DNA of 64,000 nucleotides from an uncultured Nitrospiraceae bacterium (GTDB taxonomy: Bacteria > Nitrospirota > Nitrospiria > Nitrospirales > Nitrospiraceae), in NCBI GenBank assembly GCA_963730935.1, contig CAVSTP010000004.1, forward strand, positions 480,001 through 544,000, written 5' to 3'. The notes beneath the pieces are model-generated. The model did no database searches. It worked only from the letters and a program-made list of their open reading frames with translations, and was not told where the DNA came from. Position 1 is the stretch's first letter. Each line of letters opens with the position of its first letter. Positions 32,221 to 45,228 of this stretch are shown here, in pieces. Made by a program: the position numbers and the translations under genes.

Positions 32221-33750
32221 ATGCTGGCCAAAGTGCGAAGCGTGGCGCTGGTCGGACTCGACGCACATCTGATCGACGTAGAAGTCGACATCGCCGGCGG
32301 TCTACCGCAATTCTCCGTAGTCGGCCTCCCGGATGCGACGGTTCGAGAGAGCCGCGATCGTGTTCGCTCCGCTCTTAAGAACACCGGCTTCCATTTTCCC
32401 GCGAAGAAGATCACCGTGAATCTCGCGCCGGCGGATGTGAAGAAAGAAGGCGCGGGGCTCGATCTGGCCATCGCGATCGGAATCCTTCTCGCCGAAGAGG
32501 TCATCGGTTCCGACAGTCTTGCACATCGCGTGCTCGTGGGCGAATTGTCGTTGGACGGTCAGATCAAGCCGATCTCCGGAGCGCTTTCGATCGGTCTCGC
32601 CTGCCGCAGGAACTATGAATTGCTGCTGCCTGCGCACAATGCCGCCGAAGCGGCCATTATCGATGGAGTGCCGGTCTACGGGCTTCACACCTTGCCGGAA
32701 GCGGTCGGTTTCCTCAGAGGCGAACTGCGCCTTGAGCCGCAGCAGACCGATCGCGAGAGCGTCTTTGCCGCGAGACCCCTGCACGACGAGGACTACGGCG
32801 ACGTGAGGGGACAAGAGCAGGCCAAGCGAGCCTTGGAGATCGCTGCGGCTGGCGGACACAATGTGTTGATGGTGGGACCACCGGGCTCGGGCAAGACGAT
32901 GCTCGCCAAGCGTCTTCCGACCATTCTCCCGCTGATGAATCCGGACGAGGCCATCGAGACGACGCGCGTGCACAGTGTGGCAATTCAACTGCCGACGGAT
33001 CAACCCATTCTCACGGTTCGACCCTTCCGCGCGCCCCATCACAGCATCTCCGATGCCGGGCTCATCGGGGGAGGAACCGTCCCGCGTCCTGGCGAAGTGT
33101 CGCTGGCGCACAACGGCGTCCTGTTCCTCGACGAATCGCCGGAATTTCGTCGTCCGGTCCTTGATAGCCTCCGGCAGCCGCTAGAAGAAGGTACTGTGAC
33201 GTTGACGAGAGTGAGCGGATCGCTGCGATACCCGGCCCGGTTCATGTTGATTGCCGCAATGAATCCCTGTCCCTGCGGGTACTACGGCGATCGGTCCAGG
33301 GAATGTGTCTGCACGCCCCACCAGATCCGCAAATATCGCGCCAAGCTGTCCGGCCCGCTCCAGGACCGCATCGACATTCACATCGAGGTTCCGCCCGTTC
33401 CTGTGCATGAACTGCACGACGATGGGCCCGTCCCGGAAGCCTCGAACAGTATTCGCGCGAGGGTGGTCGAAGCCAGGCAACGGCAAGCCGGGCGCTATCG
33501 CCAGGACCGGATTTACACGAATGCGCAGTTGAAGCCGCGACTCTTGAAGCGGTATTGTGGGCTCGACACGCGGGGGCAAGATCTCCTGGAACAGTCCATG
33601 GTCAGGCTCGGCCTTTCGGCCCGAGCGTATGGCCGCATTCTCAGGGTCGCAAGAACCATCGCCGATTTGGCCGCCTCGGAGAAGATCGAAGCCCTCCACG
33701 TGGCCGAAGCGATCCAGTATCGCAGTCTGGACCGCCGTGTCGATTTTTGA
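32221..33750 (+). CDS. comM: YifB/ComM Mg-chelatase-like AAA+ ATPase
   Basis: VGLPD, NLAPAD, GPPGSGKTM, RAPHH, NPCPCGY, SAR...RILRVARTIADL. Confidence 0.93.
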   Translation: MLAKVRSVALVGLDAHLIDVEVDIAGGLPQFSVVGLPDATVRESRDRVRSALKNTGFHFPAKKITVNLAPADVKKEGAGLDLAIAIGILLAEEVIGSDSLAHRVLVGELSLDGQIKPISGALSIGLACRRNYELLLPAHNAAEAAIIDGVPVYGLHTLPEAVGFLRGELRLEPQQTDRESVFAARPLHDEDYGDVRGQEQAKRALEIAAAGGHNVLMVGPPGSGKTMLAKRLPTILPLMNPDEAIETTRVHSVAIQLPTDQPILTVRPFRAPHHSISDAGLIGGGTVPRPGEVSLAHNGVLFLDESPEFRRPVLDSLRQPLEEGTVTLTRVSGSLRYPARFMLIAAMNPCPCGYYGDRSRECVCTPHQIRKYRAKLSGPLQDRIDIHIEVPPVPVHELHDDGPVPEASNSIRARVVEARQRQAGRYRQDRIYTNAQLKPRLLKRYCGLDTRGQDLLEQSMVRLGLSARAYGRILRVARTIADLAASEKIEALHVAEAIQYRSLDRRVDF

Positions 33751-33758
33751 GGAGCGCT

Positions 33759-33974
33759 GTGGCCGCGACCGTGAAAGTGTTTGTCTGGTGGTTTCTCGTC
33801 GGAGCGACGATGGCGCTGGCGGTCATCATGCTGCAGGGCGGCATGCGCGAGGTGATGCAGGCGCAGGGATCGGTCTGGGAATTGAAATTAATGGAACTGG
33901 TCACGACGATCGTCGGCGGAGGGTTGCTCGGCGGCTGCGTCGCACTCATCCTCGACCGGATCAAAAAATCTTAA
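33759..33974 (+). CDS. Small two-TM membrane protein
   Basis: GAGGAG RBS; two hydrophobic segments. Confidence 0.6.
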   Translation: MAATVKVFVWWFLVGATMALAVIMLQGGMREVMQAQGSVWELKLMELVTTIVGGGLLGGCVALILDRIKKS

Positions 33975-34005
33975 TCAGCCCTGAAGGTTGCGAACAAGAG
34001 GAGCC

Positions 34006-34428
34006 ATGATGGACTTGGAAGTCGGTTCAAATCTGTACCAGAACACCGACGGCACGATTGAAATCGAGGGCGTGCCTCAAATTCAAGTGGCATTGAAACC
34101 CAATGCCTTGTTGATCAACTTTGCGGTGTTCGATGCCAACGGAAAAATGACGGCGAAACTTGTTGACAGTACACTGATGTTCAACGAGCGCCGCGCCTAC
34201 GAAGTCACGAAGGCCCCGTCTCGTCTCACGCTGACCCACGTGGAATCCAAGAACGTCGTCTTGCAGATGGAAGTCAAGAAGCCGGATCTGGTCGCATTCA
34301 CCAAAGGCGGGTTTCATACCATCAAGGGCCATCTCCTTGAAGTCTCTTCGACGGAATGGAAAGTGGATAAGCAGCGGTCCAGCGGGATCACGCAAGATGC
34401 GCAGGGGGGCTCGGTGAAGATCGGCTGA
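34006..34428 (+). CDS. Hypothetical protein
   Basis: GAGGAG RBS; 140-aa ORF. Confidence 0.6.
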   Translation: MMDLEVGSNLYQNTDGTIEIEGVPQIQVALKPNALLINFAVFDANGKMTAKLVDSTLMFNERRAYEVTKAPSRLTLTHVESKNVVLQMEVKKPDLVAFTKGGFHTIKGHLLEVSSTEWKVDKQRSSGITQDAQGGSVKIG

Positions 34429-34436
34429 TCGCGTCT

Positions 34437-37036
<2,600 letters not shown>

Positions 37037-37156
37037 GCTGGACCTCGTCGTTTCTGCGCGTTTCTAGCGCTACCGACATAATCATCGAATATCGGAAAGT
37101 CAACCAGGGAGGTCTCTTGCCTTGACCGTGCCCGAGAGACCGGATTATTGTCGCCC

Positions 37157-37987
37157 ATGGTCAATCACCTCGCGGCCGCGTTCGAGCTGTATCGGCAGGC
37201 ACTGCGGAAGACGTGGCACTCGCTGCTCAAGGGGTGGATGATCATCGTCGCGGTGATCGGTTTCCTCTTCCTGCTGCTCCTCGCCCAACAGATCGCCACG
37301 CCCCTGGGGATGGCCGGCGGATTCATTCTGGGTGCCGTCAACGCTCTGCTCGTCGGGGCGACTCTCAGTTTGATCGAGCAAGCGGTGTCCAATGCGAGGA
37401 CGATCACGATCAAAGATGTGCTCGACAGTTTCGGTCACTACTTCTGGGATGTGATCGGAGTGGGATTTGTGCTCTGGCTTCCGCTCATGGCGCTGGATAT
37501 GGGCACCCAACAGAATCCCAACGGCCCACTGATTTCCTACGCGGTGATGCTGTTGATATTTATCCTGCTCAATCCGGCCCCGGAAGTCATCTACCAGGTG
37601 CCGCATGACTCGACCTTGGATGTGTTTAAGCGTGCCTACGACTTTGTGCTGGAGAACTGGATCGAATGGTTCCTGCCCATGGTCGTCCTCCTGCTGCCTC
37701 TCGTCGCGGCGCCGGGGGGCCTGACGTCATTTTTTCTCCTGTCGCACCGGGTGGGGAGAGGCGCCGGGTTGGATTTTTCACAAATTCTGATTTTTCCGTT
37801 TACGATTCTTGGTAGTTGGTTGTCGTCGCTCGATGTCGGCCCTGAGTTGGCTCAGTACGTTATCCTACTGTTCACACCGCCCCTAGCCGTGTCGATCCTC
37901 CTGTTTCGTGGCCACCTCTTTGCATCACTATCCCGGTCCTCCCATCGTCAGCGACAATTCGCCTCGCAGTACAAGGGAAACGAATAG
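37157..37987 (+). CDS. Hypothetical integral membrane protein
   Basis: Multiple TM segments. Confidence 0.7.
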   Translation: MVNHLAAAFELYRQALRKTWHSLLKGWMIIVAVIGFLFLLLLAQQIATPLGMAGGFILGAVNALLVGATLSLIEQAVSNARTITIKDVLDSFGHYFWDVIGVGFVLWLPLMALDMGTQQNPNGPLISYAVMLLIFILLNPAPEVIYQVPHDSTLDVFKRAYDFVLENWIEWFLPMVVLLLPLVAAPGGLTSFFLLSHRVGRGAGLDFSQILIFPFTILGSWLSSLDVGPELAQYVILLFTPPLAVSILLFRGHLFASLSRSSHRQRQFASQYKGNE

Positions 37988-38178
37988 AGTCATTGTTTCG
38001 TTCGAGGTCCAAAAGTACAACCGGAAATAGACCGTCTGCTCTGCTGGCCTCAAAGATTACCGGGTTCGGGCCGGTGGGGGATGCGGTTTAACTCTTGAGT
38101 GAGAGATGAAATTAGTGTATGGATTTACCTACACCTAGAGTCCATTCATTATTAGAAGTCGCACAAGGAGCTTCGCTC

Positions 38179-39651
38179 GTGCGTCTGTCGATTTTCTGGC
38201 GCATCGTCCTGACATCCCTGCTCATTATCGTGGTGATGGCAGGGGTGAACTTTTACGCCTTGTTTCAGCTGCGGCAATTGTCTGCATTGAGTACGACGCT
38301 CGCCTCCCAACATTATCCGGCCATTGAGCAGGCCAAGCACGTCCAAGCGGTCGCCTTCAACCAGCTCAACAGTGAGAAAAAGTATCTGGCCGTCCGCGAT
38401 CCGACGTTCCTTCAGCACTTCGACGAAGAAGTGGAGGAATTCCATCGCGGGATCGAAAATCTTCTGCGCCAGGACACGTCCCCCGAAGGGCGTCAACTCC
38501 TGGAACAGACCCTGCGCTATCAGCAGGACCGGCTCGCGCTCTTTCACGCTGAGTTAGAGAACGCCGCCAGCACGCCCGGCTCGGTGTCTCCCGAGTATGA
38601 AGCGCGCCGCAATGAGGTGATGGACCACATGACCTCCTCGCTCGACCATTACGTGGATTATCACGAAGGTGTCATCAGCGCGGGCGTCAGCCGTTCACGG
38701 GAAAGCTCGGCTCAGGCGGAAGCCATCACCGAGCAACTGGTGCTGCTGGCCCTTGTCGTCGGCGTTGGACTGGCGGGTATTGCGAGCTACACCATCCTTC
38801 GACCGCTGCGTCAGCTCCAAAGTCACATCAAGCAAATCGGGCAGGGGAATTTTCGGGCGTCGTTGAACATCCGGGCGCCCAGCGAACTGCGGGATTTGGT
38901 CGACACCGTGAACTGGATGGGCGGCAAACTTCAAGAGCTGGATGACATGAAAGGCGAATTTCTGGCCCACGTGTCACACGAATTACGCACGCCCATGGCG
39001 TCGATTCAGGAAGGCACCCATCTCCTACTGGATGAGATTCCTGGTCCGTTGTCTCAGGAGCAGCGGACGACGCTGCGCATCATGGCGGACAGCAGCCGGC
39101 GCCTCATCACGCTGATCTCCACTATTCTGGATCTGTCCAAAATGGACGCCGGTATGATGGAATACCGGATCGTTCCGACGGATTTGAAACGGATCACCGA
39201 CATGTCGGTCAACAAGATCCGTCTGTTGGCCGACGCCAAGCATGTTCAACTTGTCGTCGAATCTCCCGCGCAGCGCGTGTGGGTCAAAGCGGATGCGATT
39301 CGTATTGAGCAAGTCATGGACAATTTGCTATCAAATGCTCTGAAGTTCAGTCCCGAGGGAGGCATCGTCAAAACACAAATGAAATCGGACCACAAAGCGG
39401 GCGTCCTCGAGGTTGCGGTGTCCGACGTAGGGCCCGGCATCCCCACCGATGAGTTGCCGCATATCTTTGAGCGCTTTTATCAGGGCAGCACAAAATCCCG
39501 ACACTCGGTGCCAGGCAGCGGGTTGGGGTTGGCTCTGGCCAAAAAAGTCGTCGAAGCGCACGGAGGCAGGATTTGGATCGAAAGCGAAATCACGAAGGGC
39601 ACGACTGTACGGTTTATCCTGCGCCTGACCAAACCGGGAGCGGCAGCATGA
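38179..39651 (+). CDS. HAMP sensor histidine kinase (QseE/GlrK-like)
   Basis: Two TMs, HAMP, SHELRTP, NLLSNA, D.GPGI, GSGLGL. Confidence 0.9.
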   Translation: MRLSIFWRIVLTSLLIIVVMAGVNFYALFQLRQLSALSTTLASQHYPAIEQAKHVQAVAFNQLNSEKKYLAVRDPTFLQHFDEEVEEFHRGIENLLRQDTSPEGRQLLEQTLRYQQDRLALFHAELENAASTPGSVSPEYEARRNEVMDHMTSSLDHYVDYHEGVISAGVSRSRESSAQAEAITEQLVLLALVVGVGLAGIASYTILRPLRQLQSHIKQIGQGNFRASLNIRAPSELRDLVDTVNWMGGKLQELDDMKGEFLAHVSHELRTPMASIQEGTHLLLDEIPGPLSQEQRTTLRIMADSSRRLITLISTILDLSKMDAGMMEYRIVPTDLKRITDMSVNKIRLLADAKHVQLVVESPAQRVWVKADAIRIEQVMDNLLSNALKFSPEGGIVKTQMKSDHKAGVLEVAVSDVGPGIPTDELPHIFERFYQGSTKSRHSVPGSGLGLALAKKVVEAHGGRIWIESEITKGTTVRFILRLTKPGAAA

Positions 39652-40418
39652 AGACGCTCGCGGCTGGGGGGCTGTTTCTGGTGCTTGTGACGGCGGGGTG
39701 CGCCTCCTGGTCCTCGCCGCCGCCAATGTCACAGCCATATTTCCTCGTGGAACCATCCGATGCTCGAGCCTTTTATCAGCTCGGGAAAAAACAAGATGCC
39801 GTCGCTGCCAGGTGTCAGGAACATAATTCATGTGACCATGCATATTTTACCCGTGCGCTCATAGGGTTATATGAGAACCGGGACATCGCATCCAAGAACT
39901 TCGAAAAGGTGATTGCGATGGCTCCAAAGAGCCAACTCGCGACTTCGAGCCGACTCTGGCTCCAACAAATACAACAGGATTCGCCTCCTCCTGAGCGGTC
40001 ATGGTTTACCTCCGTCATCTCGGCTCCTGCCGTATCGGAGAGTCAGGTGACAATGGGCCAAACATCCGATCGCCTGGTGCGAGACTTGCTTGACCGGGAA
40101 ATGATGATTCAGCAGCTTCGAACCAGCAAGGATGCGGATGCCCAGGCGCTCGATCAGCTCCAGCGGGAGCTAGCCGCCGAACGTGACCGCAGAGACGGCG
40201 TGACTGGGAAAAAGGATGTGCCGAAAGGCACCGGGGAGGGAACCAACGTTCAGCTGCTTCAGAAACAGCTCTCCGAGCGGGACAAAAAAATCGACGAGCT
40301 GTCGAGCCAACTCGAGGCGTTGAAGCGCATCGACCAGGAAATGCGTGACAAAGTCCGTCCGATCCGTCCGCCGTCCACCGTCGTGCCACCGACGACTTCT
40401 GAGCCGACTAATCCATAA
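39648..40418 (+). CDS. Coiled-coil lipoprotein (QseG/YfhG-like)
   Basis: Lipobox TAGC; QLEALKRIDQEM; lies between the kinase and the regulator. Confidence 0.65.
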   Translation: MKTLAAGGLFLVLVTAGCASWSSPPPMSQPYFLVEPSDARAFYQLGKKQDAVAARCQEHNSCDHAYFTRALIGLYENRDIASKNFEKVIAMAPKSQLATSSRLWLQQIQQDSPPPERSWFTSVISAPAVSESQVTMGQTSDRLVRDLLDREMMIQQLRTSKDADAQALDQLQRELAAERDRRDGVTGKKDVPKGTGEGTNVQLLQKQLSERDKKIDELSSQLEALKRIDQEMRDKVRPIRPPSTVVPPTTSEPTNP

Positions 40419-40441
40419 TCGCATAAAGGATCACTACTCTC

Positions 40442-41860
40442 ATGGAACAAGAGCACATTCTGGTAATCGACGACGAAGAAGGATTGTTGCAGTTGGTCAA
40501 AATGCGGCTGACGGCGATGGGATTTGCCGTCACCGCCTGCACGTCCGGCCGGGACGCGGTCAGCGCCGCCAAGACGAACCGGTTTGATCTGGCCATCACC
40601 GATCTGCGTCTGCGAGGCGAGGACGGCTTGGACGTCACCGAGGAACTGCTGCGGATTCATCCTGGCCTGCCCGTCATCATCTTGACCGCGCATGGCAGCA
40701 TTCCCAATGCGGTGGAGGCAGTACAGCGGGGAGCGTTCGGCTATCTGACCAAGCCCTTTGACGACAAGGAGCTCAAGGCCAAGATCGAGGAAGGACTCTC
40801 ACCTCAACGGATGAGCCGGGAGATCCAACGGCTCAAGTCGCTCGTCAATGAACTCTACGGGATGGAAAACGTCGTGGCGCGCAGCCCGGCCATGCAGCGG
40901 CTCCTGCAGCAAGTGATCCAGGTGGCGGACTCCGATGCGACCATGCTGCTGTTCGGAGAAACGGGCACCGGCAAGGAAGTGTTTGCCAAGGTCACCCATG
41001 CCAACAGCCGGCGAAGCAAGGGTCCATTTGTCGCGTTGAATTGCGCAGCCATCCCGGAAACGCTGTTCGAATCGGAGCTCTTTGGACACGTGCGCGGCGC
41101 CTTCACGAGCGCCCATGGTCCGAAGAAAGGGTTATTTCAGAGCGCCAATGGCGGAACGTTGTTTTTGGATGAGATCGGGGAGATGCCTCTCTCCATGCAG
41201 GTGAAGCTCCTTCGCGCCGTGCAGGAACGCGAAGTGCGCGAAGTCGGCGCCGAATATCCGACCAAAGTGGACGTCCGCATTATCGCGGCAACGAATAAAG
41301 ATCTCGGCGAGGCCGTCAAGAACGGCAGCTTCCGTAACGACCTGTATTACCGGATCTCTGTCGTGCCGCTCTTCATTCCACCGCTCCGAGACCGTCGCGA
41401 CGACATTCCCATTCTCGCGCAGTACTTCTTGGCCAGCAGCTCAAAACGCGCGAACAAAGACGTCCGTGGCTTTACGCCGGCCGCCTTACATCGGCTCGTC
41501 ACGAACCTGTGGCCCGGCAACGTCCGGGAGCTCGAAAACGCGATCGAGAAGGCCGTCGTGATGTCTCGACAGGATATGATTACGCCCGATCTGCTGCCGT
41601 CGATCGGCACCGCTCCCGATGCACAGATGAAACCGCTCACGGAAGCGAAGGAGGAGTTCGAAAAGACCTACCTCAAGAATGTCCTGCAGCTCACAGGCGG
41701 AAACATCTCACGCGCTGCTCAGTTCGCCGGCCGTTACCGAGCTGATTTCTATAAGATGCTCAAGAAATACGGCCTCCATCCTTCCACGACCAAAGGCAAA
41801 CCAGGACCGGACGTCGAAGAGATCGAGGAAGAAAACCATCTCACCGAGGCGGAGCGATAG
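40442..41860 (+). CDS. Sigma54-dependent response regulator (GlrR/QseF-like)
   Basis: Receiver, GETGTGKE, ESELFGH.RGAFTSA, WPGNVRELEN, HTH. Confidence 0.93.
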   Translation: MEQEHILVIDDEEGLLQLVKMRLTAMGFAVTACTSGRDAVSAAKTNRFDLAITDLRLRGEDGLDVTEELLRIHPGLPVIILTAHGSIPNAVEAVQRGAFGYLTKPFDDKELKAKIEEGLSPQRMSREIQRLKSLVNELYGMENVVARSPAMQRLLQQVIQVADSDATMLLFGETGTGKEVFAKVTHANSRRSKGPFVALNCAAIPETLFESELFGHVRGAFTSAHGPKKGLFQSANGGTLFLDEIGEMPLSMQVKLLRAVQEREVREVGAEYPTKVDVRIIAATNKDLGEAVKNGSFRNDLYYRISVVPLFIPPLRDRRDDIPILAQYFLASSSKRANKDVRGFTPAALHRLVTNLWPGNVRELENAIEKAVVMSRQDMITPDLLPSIGTAPDAQMKPLTEAKEEFEKTYLKNVLQLTGGNISRAAQFAGRYRADFYKMLKKYGLHPSTTKGKPGPDVEEIEEENHLTEAER

Positions 41861-41875
41861 CGTCTCCGCCTCGGT
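41843..41875 (+). terminator. 12-bp perfect hairpin around the stop codon
   Basis: ACCGAGGCGGAG-N9-CTCCGCCTCGGT; no U tract. Confidence 0.45.
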
Positions 41876-42173
41876 CCTACACCAGGAAACATCCTCAGTT
41901 TGCGTTGGCCTTAGAGCCGGGTGTACAGTCTGTAATATGACCGGCCATGCGGTAAGTCTTTACAGCGGCCTTCAGAAGCCAAACGGCGATTGAAAGGTTG
42001 CATGCTTACCAGACTTCTCCAGGCCACGGGCCTTGCGACCATCGCGTTTTTCCTGAAGCGTTTGCTGATTCGACAGAAATCGGCACTTCCATACCGCCGT
42101 CCCAACACAGGTTGGCATCGGCGTTCCTATCGCGAACCCTCCTGAAGACTATCATCGGATCCGCCGCGAGTGA

Positions 42174-42908
42174 TCAGGTGCGACCAACCCGCATGTTCGC
42201 AGGAATGGCAATGCTCATTTTTGCAGGCGGTGGAACCCTCCTGGCGTTCATTGTTTCGAGAAACGTGGCTTTGGAAATCGAAAGGTTTAATCTTTCGTTC
42301 CATCGCTTTTCCTCCCCGATCGTCGATGCCACCCGACCATTGTAGTCGTGACCAGGATATACGATGGTGTCGTCTGGAAGAGCAAAAAGCTTGCGGTGTA
42401 TGGAATCGAACAGCTTCTCTGCTGAGCCGCCTTGCAAGTCGGTCCGGCCATTACTACCAATGAACAGCGCATCGCCTGTGAATACGGCGCCAGGTACAAG
42501 GTAGCTACTGCAGCAATCGGTATGCCCCGGCGTGGCGAGCCCGTGGATGCATGTGTCGCCGACGGGCAACGCTTCTCCGTCGAAGAGAAACCGATCGGCA
42601 CCATCGACCACACCTTTTGCACCGCCACCATAGACGATCTGTGCGCCGGTGCGAGCTCTAATGAGAGCAGCGCCCGTAATGTGGTCCGCATGAATGTGCG
42701 TTTCGACAGCGAAAAGGAGCGTAAGGCCAAGATCTCGAATGACCTTACAGTCTCGTTCGACGTTTTCCAGGACGGCATCAATGATTATGGCCCTGCCAGA
42801 TCTACGGTCGGATACGATGTAGGTACGTGCTTCGGCTCGATCATCGATATCTTGTGCATCGTTCACGTCCAATAAGACCGTGACGCTATAGGACTCACTC
42901 GTCCCCAT
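42174..42908 (-). CDS. MBL-fold persulfide dioxygenase-like (ETHE1/Sdo)
   Basis: ETHIHADHITG, TPGHT, FTGDAL, GRTD.Q, YPGHDY. Confidence 0.85.
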   Translation of the reverse strand: MGTSESYSVTVLLDVNDAQDIDDRAEARTYIVSDRRSGRAIIIDAVLENVERDCKVIRDLGLTLLFAVETHIHADHITGAALIRARTGAQIVYGGGAKGVVDGADRFLFDGEALPVGDTCIHGLATPGHTDCCSSYLVPGAVFTGDALFIGSNGRTDLQGGSAEKLFDSIHRKLFALPDDTIVYPGHDYNGRVASTIGEEKRWNERLNLSISKATFLETMNARRVPPPAKMSIAIPANMRVGRT

Positions 42909-43326
42909 CGGGGCTTCCTCACTGAAGGAAGCTGCTTTCTAACAGAAGTTTGCCGAGTAGGAGTAAGCGTTTACCCGGCATGAAGTCAACTCAACTGTTT
43001 TCAATAACTCTCACCGTCGGCCGGCATTCCCTGGTAAGCGTACCGGAAGACTGACCTGTTTGCCGGTGCGACCCGCTCGGAAAAATTTTGAGGTCAGTGC
43101 GGCATTTCGGATGTCAATTCGCGAAAAATTCTTGACACCTGGCTAAGGATTCACCGCTCAACTCTCAGAGGGATGTGGATAAGTGGCGTCCGGCTTAGCA
43201 ATTGGACCAGGACTACGTAGATTTTCCCAAGCAGAACCTGGACGCTTTATCCTGATCGACTAATTGTGGCTCTGAAGATGCACAGGAAAGTCAATCACAA
43301 GATATAGGGGTATGGTGCAAATCATT

Positions 43327-43430
43327 CCTATGCCTAAAAAATAGGCAACGTGGTTCCTTATGCCTACAGTCTTGGATTAAAGCCTTCTTACAATGAGCTT
43401 GTGCACAATGTTATCCACAGAAAGTGTGGA
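43327..43430. promoter_or_regulatory. Composite element: TGCCTA-N5-TAGGCA plus DnaA box TTATCCACA (43411-43419); copy 2
   Basis: Identical spacing to copy 1; an extra reverse DnaA box TGTGGATAA at 43174. Confidence 0.55.
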
Positions 43431-43627
43431 CGTGGACAGGTGAAGGATGATCTTAGGTTATTGTGCGCCGTGATGGTCGTCATTTCCACCTCTGAGGCTT
43501 CGATTCGGACCAGTGGTAGGTTAGGGACGCATGCTCGAGAGGGACGATAAAGCAAGGTTATCAGGGCCACACCCACTCCCTGACAAGAGAATCTATGAAC
43601 TGGCGAATCGCGATGGTGCGAGGTGAA

Positions 43628-44044
43628 TTATGAACCCGTCGTTAGGCTTACTAGGGGGGACGCTAAAGCAGTATTGTTAACAGTTGGTACGGCTTGCAAA
43701 ATGATTGGATGAAGGACCCTCACCATTTCTCCTTTGTTAAGCACGGCCGCTGCTCCGGCATCGACCATAGCGTACTCCGTATCACCAGGTGCGCTAGCAG
43801 TGAGACCGATGATTGCCGTAGATGGGCTTTTTAGCTTGATCAAGGTCGTAGCTTCAATTCCGCTCATGGTTGGCAAGTTGAAGTCCATTATGACGACTGT
43901 GGGTGTCAATGTCATAGTCAGTGCTACAGCATCTTCACCGTTTTCTGCTTCACCAACAATGCTTATGTCGGGATACCGATCCAAAATGTCGCGGAGGAGT
44001 TGCCGCATGACGGGGTCATCATCTACGAGTAGAACAGTGATCAT
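43628..44044 (-). CDS. Stand-alone receiver domain (NarL-type, no output domain)
   Basis: VLLVDD, VVIMDFNLP, LNK. Confidence 0.85.
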   Translation of the reverse strand: MITVLLVDDDPVMRQLLRDILDRYPDISIVGEAENGEDAVALTMTLTPTVVIMDFNLPTMSGIEATTLIKLKSPSTAIIGLTASAPGDTEYAMVDAGAAAVLNKGEMVRVLHPIILQAVPTVNNTALASPLVSLTTGS

Positions 44045-44363
44045 AAAACCTTGCAGGCAGCATAGGCGTTTAGACTGACGCCGCTCAACCCCCTCTGAAG
44101 GGGGGGAATGTCAAGCAAGTGCGACCGTTCAAAAACCTTAGCTTGGAGCTATGCGTCTGCGGAAATTCATTTAGCTCCTCTCCGGAACCTACTAACCTAC
44201 TCGTGGCATCTAACCCATGTCCACGCATGTATAACCGCGCGCTCCCGGTAGGTTTCAAACTACGTGGAATCTTACAATCCCAAAGCAGGATAGCCAAAAT
44301 CTCGAAACGAGGTTAGCCTCCATCTGTAGCTGTATTTGTTGGCCAACAGAAAGGAGGCCTACC

Positions 44364-44558
44364 GTGAAGTACCTTTCACTACTCTTGTTGCTCTTGACCG
44401 CAGGCTGTACGGCACATCCATATACTGTTTGTCGAGGCGAGGATTATTGCACGCCGGGATTAACCCACGAAGAAGCAATCCGAGCGTCGGAGATCAAGAA
44501 AACCTGGCAAGATGAGAAGCTTTACGTACGGCCAGTGAAGACCAGGGAGGGGGCATGA
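44364..44558 (+). CDS. Small lipoprotein
   Basis: AAGGAGG RBS; lipobox TAGC. Confidence 0.65.
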   Translation: MKYLSLLLLLLTAGCTAHPYTVCRGEDYCTPGLTHEEAIRASEIKKTWQDEKLYVRPVKTREGA

Positions 44559-44961
44559 TCGGCACGCGATCCGGCAAAGTACAGCGCCTCCTCTCAACAA
44601 GTGTTGAGCCGGACTATGGAGACGAAGAAGTGCATCTTAGCCCCGAATCGATTATCCGCCCTGACATTCCATTTCCCTATATTGATAAACGTCGCTTAAG
44701 CACGCCTGACGTGCAGACATAGTTAGGAGTCTTCAAGAAAGTCTCAACTGGCTCTCAACCAAGCTCGTAGCTTGTCCTGACAAAGTGGACAGGTAGCCTC
44801 TAAAATCGTTTCACTTCCTCGCTCCGGCACACAAGTCAAATCCCTCAAGATCACAAAGAAATAGCGGCGATGGGAGACTGCCTTGTACGAGCACCGGCAG
44901 GGTGAGCCAGTGCACCGTTAAATAGGATTCGCTATTGGCGGCGTTGCAGGTTCAAACGACG

Positions 44962-45010
44962 GTTGTGGAGCTGGCGAGAGGAATTGAACCTCCAACCTGT
45001 GGTTTACAAA
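44962..45010 (-). repeat. att site: copy of the tRNA-Thr 3' half
   Basis: 49 bp identical to 61250-61298. Confidence 0.92.
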
Positions 45011-45228
45011 CTCGCCTCAGATCAATCTGACACAACCCACGACGAGCTAACCAAAGGGAAAACTGAGGATTCGGAAAAACCATCCTCATGATGGATCGGG
45101 ATAGATTGGCCTGTGCTGGTAGCCGCGTGGTAGCAGAACTGTTTTCCGCAATGATACAGTCCCTCGCATGGTGAGGAAATGGAAGGCGTTGACGCATCTC
45201 GTCATCTCGAAACGTCCAGCGCGAAGCG

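Noticed and set aside
43170..43430. oriC
   Set aside because: Only two perfect DnaA boxes, no dnaA/dnaN/gidA nearby and no clear unwinding element; kept only as a regulatory module.
42910..44960. A third tRNA island left of 44962
   Set aside because: AT-rich with a CTCAAC pair near 44743, but no further att copy was found.
44962..45010. Extra tRNA-Thr genes here and at 52129
   Set aside because: Only the 3' halves are present, so these are att sites.
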